36,718 bases of DNA, from positions 1 through 36,718 of the forward strand of contig RBNJ01000203.1 of assembly GCA_003990765.1 (NCBI GenBank), in the 5' to 3' direction. Below are positions 1 through 11,518 of the stretch, in pieces. Both the position numbers and the translations under genes were made by a program. Each line of letters begins with the position of its first letter. Within the stretch, counting starts at the first letter, position 1. The DNA comes from Jimgerdemannia flammicorona (taxonomy: Eukaryota). The notes beneath the pieces were generated by a model. It searched no databases, had not been told where the DNA came from, and worked only from the letters and a program-made list of their open reading frames with translations.

Positions 1-674
1 AAAAAAAAAGAGCTCTTCACCCAAACCAGCTTACTCTCCCATCACACAGCCCGCGACCCACACACACCCACCCACTCGCAAACTCCACACCACAACACAA
101 TGCTCACACCTGGGGCACAATCTTAGATCGAGCATCGCAAACTCAATGTTTACATGTCAAAAAAACACGCGAGCAAGCGCCCCCCGCCCTGTAGGCCCGG
201 GTACGTGAAATTACTTTTGCAGCTCCGACATCCTGGCTGAGCCACGCCTGGAATGTGTACGCCCGCAACTGGGGAATATGTACGCCTGCACCCTGGATTC
301 TCTCGTCGTCACCCGTTGCGTTGGATCGTCAGACCACCCACGGTATTTCTTGCTACGGGCGTTTGTCATGTGACTTAAACTCAAGGAACAAGTTGAGCCG
401 GTATTCCAGACGTATGTCAACGTGTGACGGCGCTGCAATATGATTATTGCGCAAATTGACACTTGGTAACTCTTCCACACTTATTGAAAGAATACCAAAC
501 ACAAACGGAAAATGATACTTAAATACCAAAGCTGAATTAAAAGGTGTAAGCCAAACAGCGTTGCCTGAAAAAATTCTCAAACTCAAAATGGTTGGAAAAA
601 ACTAAATGGCGATGGCCCGAAAAGAGCGACGAACCCGAGTCGTAACTGTGCGTTACCCACAAAAAATAGAAGGT

Positions 675-2120
675 CTATTCCTCCGTACATTTGGATTTCA
701 CAAACATGAACTTGTGGTAATACCGCGAATCTCGGCGATACAATGTCCCTGCCCACCTCCCCACCTTGCTTTCACTGTCCTGCGCCCATTGTCGCAGAAA
801 ATCCGTCAAGGGCATCTCCCGATTATCCTCGGTGTCCATGACGACCGGGTGCGCCGCCTGCACGACGAGGTCGATCCACCACTTGAACCTGTCGTCATCA
901 TGACATTCAAACATCCGAATCCACTGCCTCTTACGAGATCGGAATTCATGATCGCGCATGCACTCCTCCACCACGCTGCGCATTTCGCGGGTGTCCATTC
1001 CATTCACGTCCCCTTCGGAGATCTGCCGTACGGCAACCTCGAATAGGTAATGAGCGCCGGGCTGGTGGAAGGACCAGTCGAGGTTGTCGAGGAAGTACCG
1101 CAGCGTTGACGCCGACCAAGTAATGGTGTTGGACGTATAGGTCCACTCCGCGTGGCCGCCGGTCTGGTAGCACTTTGCGAGGGCGCCGGCGAGAACTTGC
1201 GGGGATGGGAAGCGGCGGTAGACGTTGGTGACGAGGGCGTCTTTGAGGTTGCTGAGGTAGACAACGGCGACCGAGAGGAATGAATCGATAGCGCCGTGGA
1301 CGGACGGTTCTATGTCGAAGGGGAGGACTATGTCCAAGAGGGCATCGGCGATGTCGGACCGGTCCCCCCGGAGGGCATGTAGAAGGGCTCTCTCGTAGTT
1401 GGAAGGAGATATGCTAATGCCGTTCTCTTGGATGACGAATTTAAGATAGGATTCGGGGTACCCTGAGATGAAGAAGAGTTTATGGAGGAGAGTATAGAGG
1501 GAGGTGCTTTCGGTTACCCGAAATCCGTCTCGGAAAAGTTGTTGCATCCACGGCTTGGCGAAGACGAGCAGGACGGCGAGAACGTCTTCGTGAATCGGAC
1601 CTCGATCGTCGATTTTGATGGCGGACTTTATCGGGTAGAAGTATGAGAGCTCCAACAACTCATTCAGATCCTTGGCGATCAGTATTGTCACCGCATTATT
1701 TTTAGTCTTTCCGGGAAATTCGTGAATCAGGCGTTCGATCCGCGTGCGATCGTTCTGTCCGTGGACGAAGGGCTGGTACTTTTCGCTGGCGGCCTTCAGG
1801 AGCTCGAGAATGGTGAGGCTTCCGAGGCTGGTAAAGGAGGGGTGCTGCAGCACGGTTTGGACAAGGTGGCGCGAAAGTTTGGCGCCCTTTGCGAGCATCG
1901 CGGTGACGACGGTCGGGGTGAGGGCCCTTCGGTGCTTGGCGATGATATGGTCAAACGCTCGCCATTTGTCAAATTGGACGACGGCCCACTCTGCGACTGT
2001 GGCAGGGTCGCGGGAGATCCCCCAGAAAGTCCTGTTGACGAGCGTCCATTCGGAAGGATTGGGGACATACGAGAAGATCTTGCTTAGAATCTCGATAGGA
2101 AGCGGGTGGATGGTGTCCAT
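675..2120 (-). CDS. F-box domain protein, 481 aa, apparently intronless
   Basis: Uninterrupted 481-aa ORF. The N-terminus has an F-box motif (LPIEILSKIFSYVPNPSEWTLVNRTFWGISRDP), followed by a helical region (AEWAVVQF...AMLAKGAKLSRHLVQ) that I recall from F-box families expanded in Mucoromycota/Glomeromycotina. Confidence 0.8.
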   Translation of the reverse strand: MDTIHPLPIEILSKIFSYVPNPSEWTLVNRTFWGISRDPATVAEWAVVQFDKWRAFDHIIAKHRRALTPTVVTAMLAKGAKLSRHLVQTVLQHPSFTSLGSLTILELLKAASEKYQPFVHGQNDRTRIERLIHEFPGKTKNNAVTILIAKDLNELLELSYFYPIKSAIKIDDRGPIHEDVLAVLLVFAKPWMQQLFRDGFRVTESTSLYTLLHKLFFISGYPESYLKFVIQENGISISPSNYERALLHALRGDRSDIADALLDIVLPFDIEPSVHGAIDSFLSVAVVYLSNLKDALVTNVYRRFPSPQVLAGALAKCYQTGGHAEWTYTSNTITWSASTLRYFLDNLDWSFHQPGAHYLFEVAVRQISEGDVNGMDTREMRSVVEECMRDHEFRSRKRQWIRMFECHDDDRFKWWIDLVVQAAHPVVMDTEDNREMPLTDFLRQWAQDSESKVGRWAGTLYRRDSRYYHKFMFVKSKCTEE

Positions 2121-3789
2121 GCTAGCGGAGAGAGTTACAGAGCTGTTTGCAGTTGAACGCGCTTATGGATCATGTGGCTCCAGCCGCCCAACTCCAAAAT
2201 TAGCAACTCTAAACTTTCACTGGGAGGATGTACACGTGAAGCTGTTTGAGAAGTATACTCGAGTGAGAGAAGAAGGAAAAACAAAACAAAAACACAATCG
2301 AAGACATAAAACAGCCAAAGCAGCTGTTTGATGCATGGCTAGATGACACGATCCTTTATTTCTTTGATCAGCTGGAAATCAATCTACGCTGATAAAAAAG
2401 ATTTTGTATTCCAACCAGTGTTCTAAAAAAGCATGTTTCTTTTTTGGAATTCGCCACGTGTCAGTGGAAACATGCGTGCTCCACTTTTTCAAAGAAAGGA
2501 AAGAATCGTCGCCGTACAGTTTTCAGCTCTCGTATCCGTAAGCATTTTGACACTTTCCATGGATTTGACATTTGTAAGCGATGAATGGCATGACAATATT
2601 GATGACGGCGCATCGGAAGGGTCATAAACACCGACCCGAAAGTCCGTGTCAATGTTTCCCCGCAAACCCAAATTCCACACGTGGATGCCAAATTCAACAC
2701 ATGCAAAATATTCCTTGTCTGACAAGTTTCGTTCCCCCAGTAAAATATTCCGTATGTCAACCTTGCAATACTTTGAGAGTGCTCAATGTGATCAAATTGT
2801 CCATGTATCTTGACCGAGCCATTTGCGGAAGCTATGGGCTCTCATAAAAACATATATATATATAAACAAAAAGAAAAAGAAAAAAGAAAAAAAGAAAGAA
2901 AGAGGCCAACACTGACAGAGGTTTAGAATCTACTTTTTTTGCGCCAAGTTTATCTTGCTCTTCTGCGATGGTGCCAGTTACCAGATTCTCTTGACACCAA
3001 TACTAAGAAGATGAATTACCTGCTCGTTGAGGATCCCGACCTGTGAAGCCGCCGAGCATGTAAGAGAATTATCTCAACCAGTCTGTTTTTGGACGTGCCC
3101 GTTTTGTCTGATCATCGTGGAATAATTGACCATGCCGAGAATTTGAAAATAAAAGTCCTAGCATGCCACTGATCTTACATATGCGAAAGGAGCCTGTTCA
3201 TCTCAATGAATTCCAAACTCCTCCTATATACACAGAACTCGTAATTTTTGTTTCGGTATTCATCCAATCCCCAAGGCCGCAAGAACTGCGAGATTTCTAT
3301 CTCAAACCCACCCATCGCAACTTCATTCCACCTTTGGCAACGCCCAAAACCACAAAAATCTTCTATGATGAAATGAGTTGAGAGAAGTGGATATCCGCAA
3401 GCGACGTGCAAGGAGGATACGCAAAGAAAAGAAGAAGAAAAAAAAAAGCAAAACACTTAACGGAAGACGGACAAGTAATAGAGGATACACCAACAGAACC
3501 TGTACAAAAAGTGATGCCAGGTCGCTAACTACCCCACAAGTATATACCCGCAACCCGCCGCCGCCGCACACATCACACACATTCCATCTGATGATTCCGA
3601 TGCACAAACCACCCATCCGTCGTCCCCATACCCTACCCGCGCGACAGCATCGCTCGGAGTCGTCATACTGGGCTGCAACAGCGACGAAGAGGATTTCTTA
3701 CAGGCGCCGTCAATGTACTGTCAAATTCGTCACACCTAAGAACTTAAGAGAGGGCCGCGCCGATTGTTCGGGTTAGCTTCGCGGCCGAC

Positions 3790-5223
3790 TTCATGGGCGC
3801 TTGTCTCATGACTTATTCATTCTCTTTGTCATCCGTCTCCATCCTCTGCGAACTGTCACGTATCATCTTACGTATCATCATTCTCAATAACCTCAAACTG
3901 CTCCAACCGGTACGCTTCCTCCTCGTTACCTGTATCCTCTGCGTCCTCTTCAACTCCCTTACGTCTTTCCTCGTCCCCCTTCGCCGGTTTGTAGGTTGAG
4001 TTGCCGTAGTCGTTGTCGACCTCTACGCCGTCGACACGGGCCTTATCAGCATCCACCGTTGGAACCATGGGACTGACGCCGAAATGGAGGTCAAACTGGA
4101 TGAGGCCGCAGCACTAGTGTGGTGTCGGTCGTTGAGGCGTAATCGGAGTGCGGCAGACAGAGTAAGATAAGATTCATGGGGAATGGGGATGTAGGTTGAT
4201 GGGCGAAATAGGGTATTACAGGGTGAGGACGTGGGCGGCAGCGGTGGTCGTCATTGGATGTTGGTAGATGGCGCCGGATGGTTGCTAAACGAAATACTCC
4301 TCCGTGTCACCTTCAATACTGACCGGCAGTTCCATCATAACAGCTCGGTCACGTCTCCCCTTATCTTCCACACCAATTTTCTCCCGCGCGCTAACATCAA
4401 CCCCAGCAGTCATGCCTGCTGCTGCCCACGGAGAGCTCCCCCAAGAGGCCAATACAGTCACCGTTGTCGATAGTCCTTCCTTTCCCCTTGAGGAAGAGGT
4501 CGGTGGGATCCGTGACGATGAAGGAGGCGGGACTGGCGATCAGGAACTGGGTAACGGTGGACGGGAACCGTGAAGATGGGGTGGTTGTGCACGGCCTCGG
4601 CGCTCAAGTGGGCGGTAAGCTCGGGCTCGGAATCGGGCTGGGTATAGATGCTTTTGAAAACGCTGATAGTGTTGCTACTGCTAGAATGTCCGATGCCGAG
4701 GCTTCCCGGGGCCAACCAACAATGTGAACGGCTGGAATGAAATCGTTGGCCGGGTTTGCGAGCGTGCTTTTATTGAGGTGTGGCGACTCTGTGAGGATGT
4801 AGATGAGGGTGTTTGGGCTTTAGGGGATGCTGGAGGGAACCGGTGATCGGACAGGGATGTGTGCGAACCGAGCCCATTGCAATGAAGGCAGAGGCGACGG
4901 AGGTATGGGCGGAAGGCGGTTGGGATAATCAACGACGCTGGAAATATGGGAGGTAACAGTGTGGTGGAGTCTGGTCACGATTTCGTTCCTGTGATGCAGA
5001 AGATGTGGAAATGGTAGGTGAAAGTTGAGATTGAGCGAGGTGAACCAGTATATACATCCCCCAATATCCGTGCAATTACCTACCATGCACGATTGACCAG
5101 CCGCATACAAAGTATAGTCGGTATCAGTGCCATCTTGTCTTCTGGGGCGACCGCCAGGCGGAGGATGTCACGCCATAGCTCTGGCGGCAAGTCGAGCTGG
5201 TTGCCTACGACGGGCCCGGCCAT
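3790..5223 (-). pseudogene. Degenerate F-box gene with an acidic C-terminal tail
   Basis: ATG at 5223 reads MAGPVVGNQLDLPPELWRDILRLAVAPEDKMALIPTILCMRLVNRAW (F-box-like LPPELW..IL...RLVNR.W). A GTAGGT...CACAG intron (about 5083-4989) splices it to WNEIVTRL.... The frame then hits stops at 4820-4822, 4604-4606 and 4397-4399. An acidic segment (EEDAEDTGNEEE) lies at about 3870-4070. The 3' limit is approximate. Confidence 0.5.
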
Positions 5224-5769
5224 TCATTAGCAACCAGAAACCTACAAGGTAACGTGCTAAACAAAAGCGAATCTAAAGCCGCACTTGTTCCTCCTCCTCG
5301 TACCCCAACCCTCCCTTATCGAAGAGACTGCCGATGAGCTGCACGGTCTGCTTACCCTCGACGTTGCTCTCTTCGAGCCGCTCGGTGACGTCCATAATGG
5401 CGATGAGGCTCGATGCGGGAGCCGGCGCCGCTGAGGGAGTGGAGCTGATCGTTTGTAAATTGAGCCGTCGGGATGTCCTGTAGAAAATAATGGGAAGGAT
5501 AATCTAAGAGACTGTATGCGTTCGCAATTATGGGCATAGAAGTTCACAATCCGAAACACATACATAGCCGCCCAGACACGACCACCCACCAATTCCACAA
5601 AAAATAAAGATGATCTCACAAAAACAGAGATGAAATCCTCACCTTCCCCTCACATTCCTCCCTCAACCCTCCAAGGACCTCTCCCTGCATGACCACAATC
5701 CTATCCTCATTTGTGGCGCTCAAACTCTCGACCTGCAGGCTTCATACAGCATACTGGGCACGGTATGTT

Positions 5770-6271
5770 TAAGGTACACTTTTGCGATGTCGTCTAGAAG
5801 GGCCTCATAGGCTTTGAACATGCGGAGGTTGAGGTAGACTTTTGAGGTTCATGAGCTACGGGATAGTGACGATTTCAGCAATACGCGCCGCGTCCGGGGC
5901 GTATTTGGTCAGGAGGCGCGGAAGGGTCTTCACTTATGGCGCAAGAGTCTCCTCGATCTGCGTGTGCGTCCCGGGAGAAGGAAGAGGGAGGAGCAGGAGG
6001 TGAGTATCGAATCCATTATACTCTGTTCCGTATCCAACATCCACGTAAGCCACAAACCCACATTCACACCACCAACCCCCACCTCCTCCCGGTCCGCAAC
6101 CCACACGACCCGCAAACCAACGTACCTTCTTCAATAAGACTAGTGTTGATAGAGTACCTCTTGCACCAGCAACAATCAGCCTGGGATAAACGCGATTTCA
6201 AACGCCGATTGGTCGATGGCCATAGCAACCGGCAAGTGCACTACGAAAACGCAGCTGACAAATGCCCCCAT
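5770..6271 (-). pseudogene. Fragment of an unidentified spliced gene
   Basis: A GTACGT donor (about 6125) and a pyrimidine tract plus CAG acceptor (about 5959) flank protein-like segments (IEETLAP*VKTLPRLLTKYAPDAARIAEIVTIP*; VYLNLRMFKAYEALLDDIAK) broken by stops and a frameshift. Confidence 0.3.
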
Positions 6272-6872
6272 AATGACTGATAGGGATGGAATGAACGATG
6301 TAGAATAGCGAGTACGGGCGACGAGTAATGGCGAGTGAGATCGGGAACGGAAGGGGTGCAGCACGTTTCAACGAATGAATGGAGGGTGTACAATACATTT
6401 ACTCATTCTCAAGGTCTATTTACGCTCCGAACCAGAACGCAGCACCCATCACCAAGGTACGCAACATTGTTGACGGGTTGTTCATGTTATGTTATTGCAC
6501 TGGGTGAAGTGTTGTGTTTTGAGTAAAGTTGCTGTTTTGTTTTGAGAAGTGTGTGGGAAGAGGAAAGAGATTGCCGTGAAGCGCAAATGATTTAAGCCCC
6601 TCAAAGCGCACATACGTATTCATGCTTCACCTCTGTGCCAAGATAACGTCACCAGCACTCCCTTTCCGCTGAGAAGAAATATAAAACTGCTTCGTTTGTT
6701 TACGCGCCTCGTTGCCAGATTTGGTGTCGAGCTAATTTGGTTAACCATGGGAAAACGGGTGGGAAGTGCTTTTGACATTTCCAGTAATTACAGTAAAGTT
6801 TATAACAGGCATAGCAGAAGCCATATCTATCTACGTGATCATAAATAAAGAACTTTATGCTCGCTAGCACTG

Positions 6873-7931
6873 TCACCTCTCCACCCTCCACAACTCCTTC
6901 GCATTTCGAACGGCAAACGCCCCAACCCCCACTAATGCTCCCACCGCCGCGCCGACCTGCGTCGCCTGGTTCACGCTCGCGTACCTCACGAGGTTGACCA
7001 CAGCATACTCTGCTTCCGCCGTGACGACGCCCACAGTGACACCCGTGCGCTGCATGACCACTGCGCCGAGGTATACCCCCGCGACCTGTAGCGCCGCGTA
7101 GACGACGAACCGGGCGTGATCTGTATTGGACATTTTGTAATCATCGCCGGCGTAAAAGGGGAGGGCGAGGATGGACGTGAAGGCAACGGCGGGGGCCATT
7201 GTGTAAAAGTACTGCGGGGGTGAGATGTTGAAGGAGCGCATCGTGTTGGTGAGGATGATGTCACGGAGGAGAGTGGCCATGACTATGAGGGCGGTCCAGT
7301 AGAGCGAGGTGCAGGTATGTGTCAGGAGCGGGAATATTTGAGGCATGAAACCTAGGGCCCAGGCGAGGGAGATGAAGGCGAAGGAAATGAGGACAGTGGG
7401 CGTTGGTTTTTCATCATTGACGAGGAAGAGGAACCAGAGTGCGATCGGTGGGAGGACCAAAGCAAATAGGACTTCTAGGAATTGTGTATTGAAATATAAA
7501 TTTTTCCCGGTGTAGCCTGCTGTGAGAGCCTGCGTGACGAAGTCCAGTAGGGCGTACATTGCGACGTAAGGGAGATCGATTCTGCGCAAACGGAAGAGGC
7601 GTAGCGAGGATGAAGATACGAAGAGGGCGACGAAGAGGATGAGGTAGGAAAAGTTTTTGTAGGCAAAGAATATGGCGGGTGGGGAACGGTCGGGTGTTGG
7701 TCTGACAACAAGCTCAGCGAGCAATAAGAAGATCGCGTGGAGAAGGAGGAGGTATGTGGTGCGGTAGAGGTCCGCGCGGGTGGATTCTTTCTTTGGGGGA
7801 GGACTAGGGAAGATGGCGTTGCTGGGTTCGGAGATGTGGGGAAAGTCTGGAGGGAAGGGCCCGCCGGCGGCAATACCGGTTTCGAGGTGCCGGAGCTTCT
7901 CGAATCCCTTGTCGTTTGGGTGTGTGAACAT
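6873..7931 (-). CDS. Multi-pass membrane protein, divergent triose-phosphate/nucleotide-sugar transporter (TPT/DMT superfamily)-like
   Basis: Intronless 352-aa ORF with about 9-10 hydrophobic helices. The C-terminal half resembles TPT-family segments (ISPPQYFYTMAPAVAFTSILALPF; VMQRTGVTVGVVTAEAEYAVVNLV). The substrate cannot be determined. Confidence 0.65.
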   Translation of the reverse strand: MFTHPNDKGFEKLRHLETGIAAGGPFPPDFPHISEPSNAIFPSPPPKKESTRADLYRTTYLLLLHAIFLLLAELVVRPTPDRSPPAIFFAYKNFSYLILFVALFVSSSSLRLFRLRRIDLPYVAMYALLDFVTQALTAGYTGKNLYFNTQFLEVLFALVLPPIALWFLFLVNDEKPTPTVLISFAFISLAWALGFMPQIFPLLTHTCTSLYWTALIVMATLLRDIILTNTMRSFNISPPQYFYTMAPAVAFTSILALPFYAGDDYKMSNTDHARFVVYAALQVAGVYLGAVVMQRTGVTVGVVTAEAEYAVVNLVRYASVNQATQVGAAVGALVGVGAFAVRNAKELWRVER

Positions 7932-10180
7932 GGCAGACGTTTAACGTGCACAGTAATTTTTTGACTACCTCCTATATTTCCTATATTTTTGGGTGCAGCT
8001 CACGTGTTTCACTGACCCTCAAAAGAAAGAGTTTCAGTAACAGGGTTTTCAACCTCAAAAGACGCTTCTTATATGAGATACATGTATGTGTAAGCTGCGG
8101 ATAGGCTGTAGGAGAGAGTTTGAGGTGTTGTCGCAGTTAGTGATGATAGCCGAGATAAACGTTTGACCATGAAATCATAACTTCCACCTCTAATTACGTG
8201 TACCCACTAAGACCCGGTCCAAATTTCTCACTGTTTGCGAGCCAGAAAATTAACGGAAAAGGATGTGAAATGGTAGCCAAGGATTCCCGACCTCTGCGGC
8301 GCAGATCTGCAAAGGTAGTTCAGCAGCATCCAACGGGCATGAAGAACAATATGCCTTCAGGGTCGGAAATAGAAACCAAAACCTTCACTCAGGAAATTTT
8401 GACACGCCTCCAATCATAAGTAAGTCCTTTATTACTCTTTTTTTGTTCTAGTTCCGTGTCCTCATACTTGGTCAGTGCCCGAAATAAAGGCGACCTAATT
8501 ATCAAGCAAAGAATTGGAGTATTCAATTCTTGCATTCCAAAGAACAGCACACCTACCTGGTGTCCGTGTTGATCGTGGAACAGGATTTTTGGATCTCCAC
8601 TCGGTGCTACGGATTTCCTCCACAATACCGGTCGCGTGGTTGAGCATTTGAGGCGTTACTTTCTTCCTGTTTTTTAAGTCATACTAAGCCACCAGAGATA
8701 CATTTTTAATGTGGCCACCTCTGGCTATCATCACAGTGGTGCAGATATGCCCTTTTATAGTTTGATCTAACCAAGAAAGCGCATGACTTTGGATCTGAAT
8801 ATAATTATGCAGAATCAGCCTTCCCCGTCGTGTTTTCAGCGTACACGCTATTCATTTAGGGAGGATACTTGTTCGAAACCTGGCCTCCAGAGAGATTGAG
8901 CAAACAAAATACTACTTTTAAATGGCCTCTGGGTAGTTGGAGGTGACGTTTATTTAGATATGCTAGGTGTCAACGATGTCATAAATGGCAAAAGGGTAAA
9001 GGCATGAGGATACAGATTCACCAGGTATTTGAATCATACGTTTGCAACGAATGTATCAGCAAACCCGAATCGGGATACTTTGTTTAGATATTATTTTTCT
9101 CAATCTCGGTTTGTCATACAAGCGAATTTTTGCTGGGCATATATTATTTTCATTCTTACATTCAATAAATAAATTTATTGAATGACACACCGGTCGAGGA
9201 GGTTTTGTTGACTCGCTAACGCTTTTTCGAGACATAAAAACGATATTGACATCACGATGGGCACGATTCGGAAGTCCAACGCTCACTTCACAGCCGGTAG
9301 GATATCGGTGATGCTCCAAACACGTTGGTGGGATAAATAGCCAGGCGAAACAATGCCGAACGTAGGGTAGGGTAGAGAGTGTCGTAAATTGACGCGGCCA
9401 AGCAGCAGACACAAAATGAGAATCTCGCTACCCAGATCCAGTAGAGAAGTCGTAACCGAGATGGAGAACGTCCACGGATTTCGTTGAACACGAGCCAGGC
9501 GTAAAACAGCACCTCCCACTCGCTGCTCAAACCAGCTACAATGTACAAGCGACAGACTTTGCTCCTCAGACAAAAAGCAACAAAAATACGGTGGCAAGGC
9601 ACACCAACGTCACCAACATCGTCGCTCGGTTGCAAAACAGTAACGCCTAGCTGGCCAATCGCCCACCCCCCAGAATAACAACGACGAGGCAGCGAATTTT
9701 GTCACTAAGCGGATGACGAGTCTCATAAAAGACGGTCATCCATCGTCCGCCTGGTGGTTCCAAGATATTGATGCCCCCAATGTAAGACTGAGCACGTGGT
9801 TTAGGCATCTACTCCCACACGGACACTTGTACATTATCTAATTTAGGCTTTTGCAGTAATGTGAGCTTCAATTAGAAATGTATAGGTTCTAATGTAGGTT
9901 TCTTTTCCTATTTGGTGTCCTCGCATCTGATGTCCGTTTTAATGGGACAAAAAAATTGGCGTAATCCCACGAGTCAGGATGTCAATGTTTATGTGCTCGC
10001 AAACACCGGCTTTGATTTAGGATCGGCCATAGTATATAATTATATTTTATTCCTATGAACCATTCGCGCATAGTGCCAATCGTATACTTACCATTTTAGT
10101 ATAGCTCATGCGATAGTTTTGTTTCCCGGCCTGCACTACCTTACCATCGAGTTTCCTTCTCTGTTTGCCAGCCTCCACTC

Positions 10181-10400
10181 ATGACCGCAATTTGTATAGA
10201 GCTGAGCGGCAAGCGAGATATAGTTGTGATTCTTGACGATCTAGCAAATTCTCAGAGCTGGGTTGTTGAATGCCTCTGGAAGTCCGGCTCCCAGACGAAT
10301 CAAAAAAAGTACTTGACCAAAATAATGGACCAAACGAACCTTTACGTGTTATTATTGATTGCAAAAACTATAAAGATACGCGTGAAATACAAATAAAAGT
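10181..10400 (+). pseudogene. Possible relic of a PD-(D/E)xK restriction-endonuclease-like domain
   Basis: Two overlapping frames give GKRDIVVILDD...SWVVECL and LRVIIDCKNYK, reminiscent of REase-fold catalytic strands. The segment is short and frameshifted. Confidence 0.25.
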
Positions 10401-10992
10401 TAATGAGCACATACCAACAACGAACGGCTCTTTAGACAGTCGCTTTAACTCCATCGTTTCTGATATGGTACTACCATCAATGAACTTACACTTTTTTAAC
10501 ACCACAGTGATTCTCGTAGCTGCACCCGCCACACGATCGGTTCAGCACAACGACCTGGAATCATTAAGACGAGACTGTCCCAGCTTATATTAATTTATGA
10601 GCATCGTCAATTGTCGGTAGCCACACATGTCAGCTCAAAATCGGTCCCATTGCCCAGAGAAATGAAGGGATTTACTCGCCACAAATAATTGGCCTGGTCA
10701 ATTTTATACAACTCGATTTTCAATTTTTATCGCAACCCGTCTCAAGCATTGGCACCTTTATGTGCCCTACAGTGGAATTGGCGGACAGACGGCGTGTCGT
10801 TTACAGAGCGGAGCGCGACGAGTTTGGCAAGCTCCATCACGATTACTTCCTTTGCAAAGTGTAATCCACAACAGTTGCCGTTGGACGGTGCTGACGCTCG
10901 TCTACCTAGGGTTAGGCTGCCCTGATTTCCAGCAGCATGAAGGGGCCGCGATTTCACGGTTCTGAATGATCCGGGACCAGGATTTTCAAGAG

Positions 10993-10994
10993 CT

Positions 10995-11026
<32 letters not shown>

Positions 11027-11518
11027 CGTTTGGATTTCGCGGTTGAAACAGAGGGGGACAACACCCAGATTTTCGTATGGTCGTCATCAAACGTGCAAAT
11101 TTCGGCGACGAAACCGATATCGTTAATACTTAATGATATCACTAACCCAGCCGTTTGTATCAGTTCAGATTGTCTCCACCAACCCAGGACACGCTCCGTC
11201 ATGCCCAAATAATTGTTGAGAAACATGGAATACCGCCAACTAATGCGCGCTCTATTTATCGAATCGCCGGTCGTCAGATTAGGACGGGTATTGTACGGTT
11301 CCGAGCACTTCCAATCTTTGGTCATGTTACTCGCCACAGTGATAACACCGTCAGGTTTCGTGTTGTGGATCAGATACTTGTCTCCCCGTTTGAGTATCAT
11401 TATTACGTCGCAGTGAATTGGAAACCGTGCGCTTGTATTGGAACTGAACCTACTTCTGGCAAGGGGGATACACTACAGTCATTGTCTTGATATTTGCCTT
11501 CAGCTCGGAATCGGTCAT
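10993..11518 (-). pseudogene. Small permuted papain-like (LRAT/PPPDE-type NlpC/P60) protein relic
   Basis: Reads MTDSELKANIKTMTVVY, then a frameshift near the G5 run at 11463-11467, then PLARS...PIHCDVIMILKRGDKYLIHNTKPDGVITVASNMTKDWK...RYSMFLNNYLGMTERVL. The order is His-box, second His, then Y..F.NN[C]; the Cys position is TAT (Tyr) at 11209-11211. Confidence 0.4.

Noticed and set aside
1..130. C/A-rich start of the window (and C-run end) as telomeric repeats
   Set aside because: No regular repeat unit; more likely low-complexity sequence at contig breaks.
606..2331. Plus-strand ORFs of 121-195 aa overlapping the F-box gene
   Set aside because: Antisense shadows of a GC-rich coding strand with no recognisable motifs.
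10997..11026. Long T run as the poly(A) tail of a retrocopy of the 11.0-11.5 kb relic
   Set aside because: Similar A/T runs occur throughout the window (e.g. 13482, 25822, 26485, 26660), no target-site duplication is seen, and an intron acceptor-like site lies upstream of the relic.
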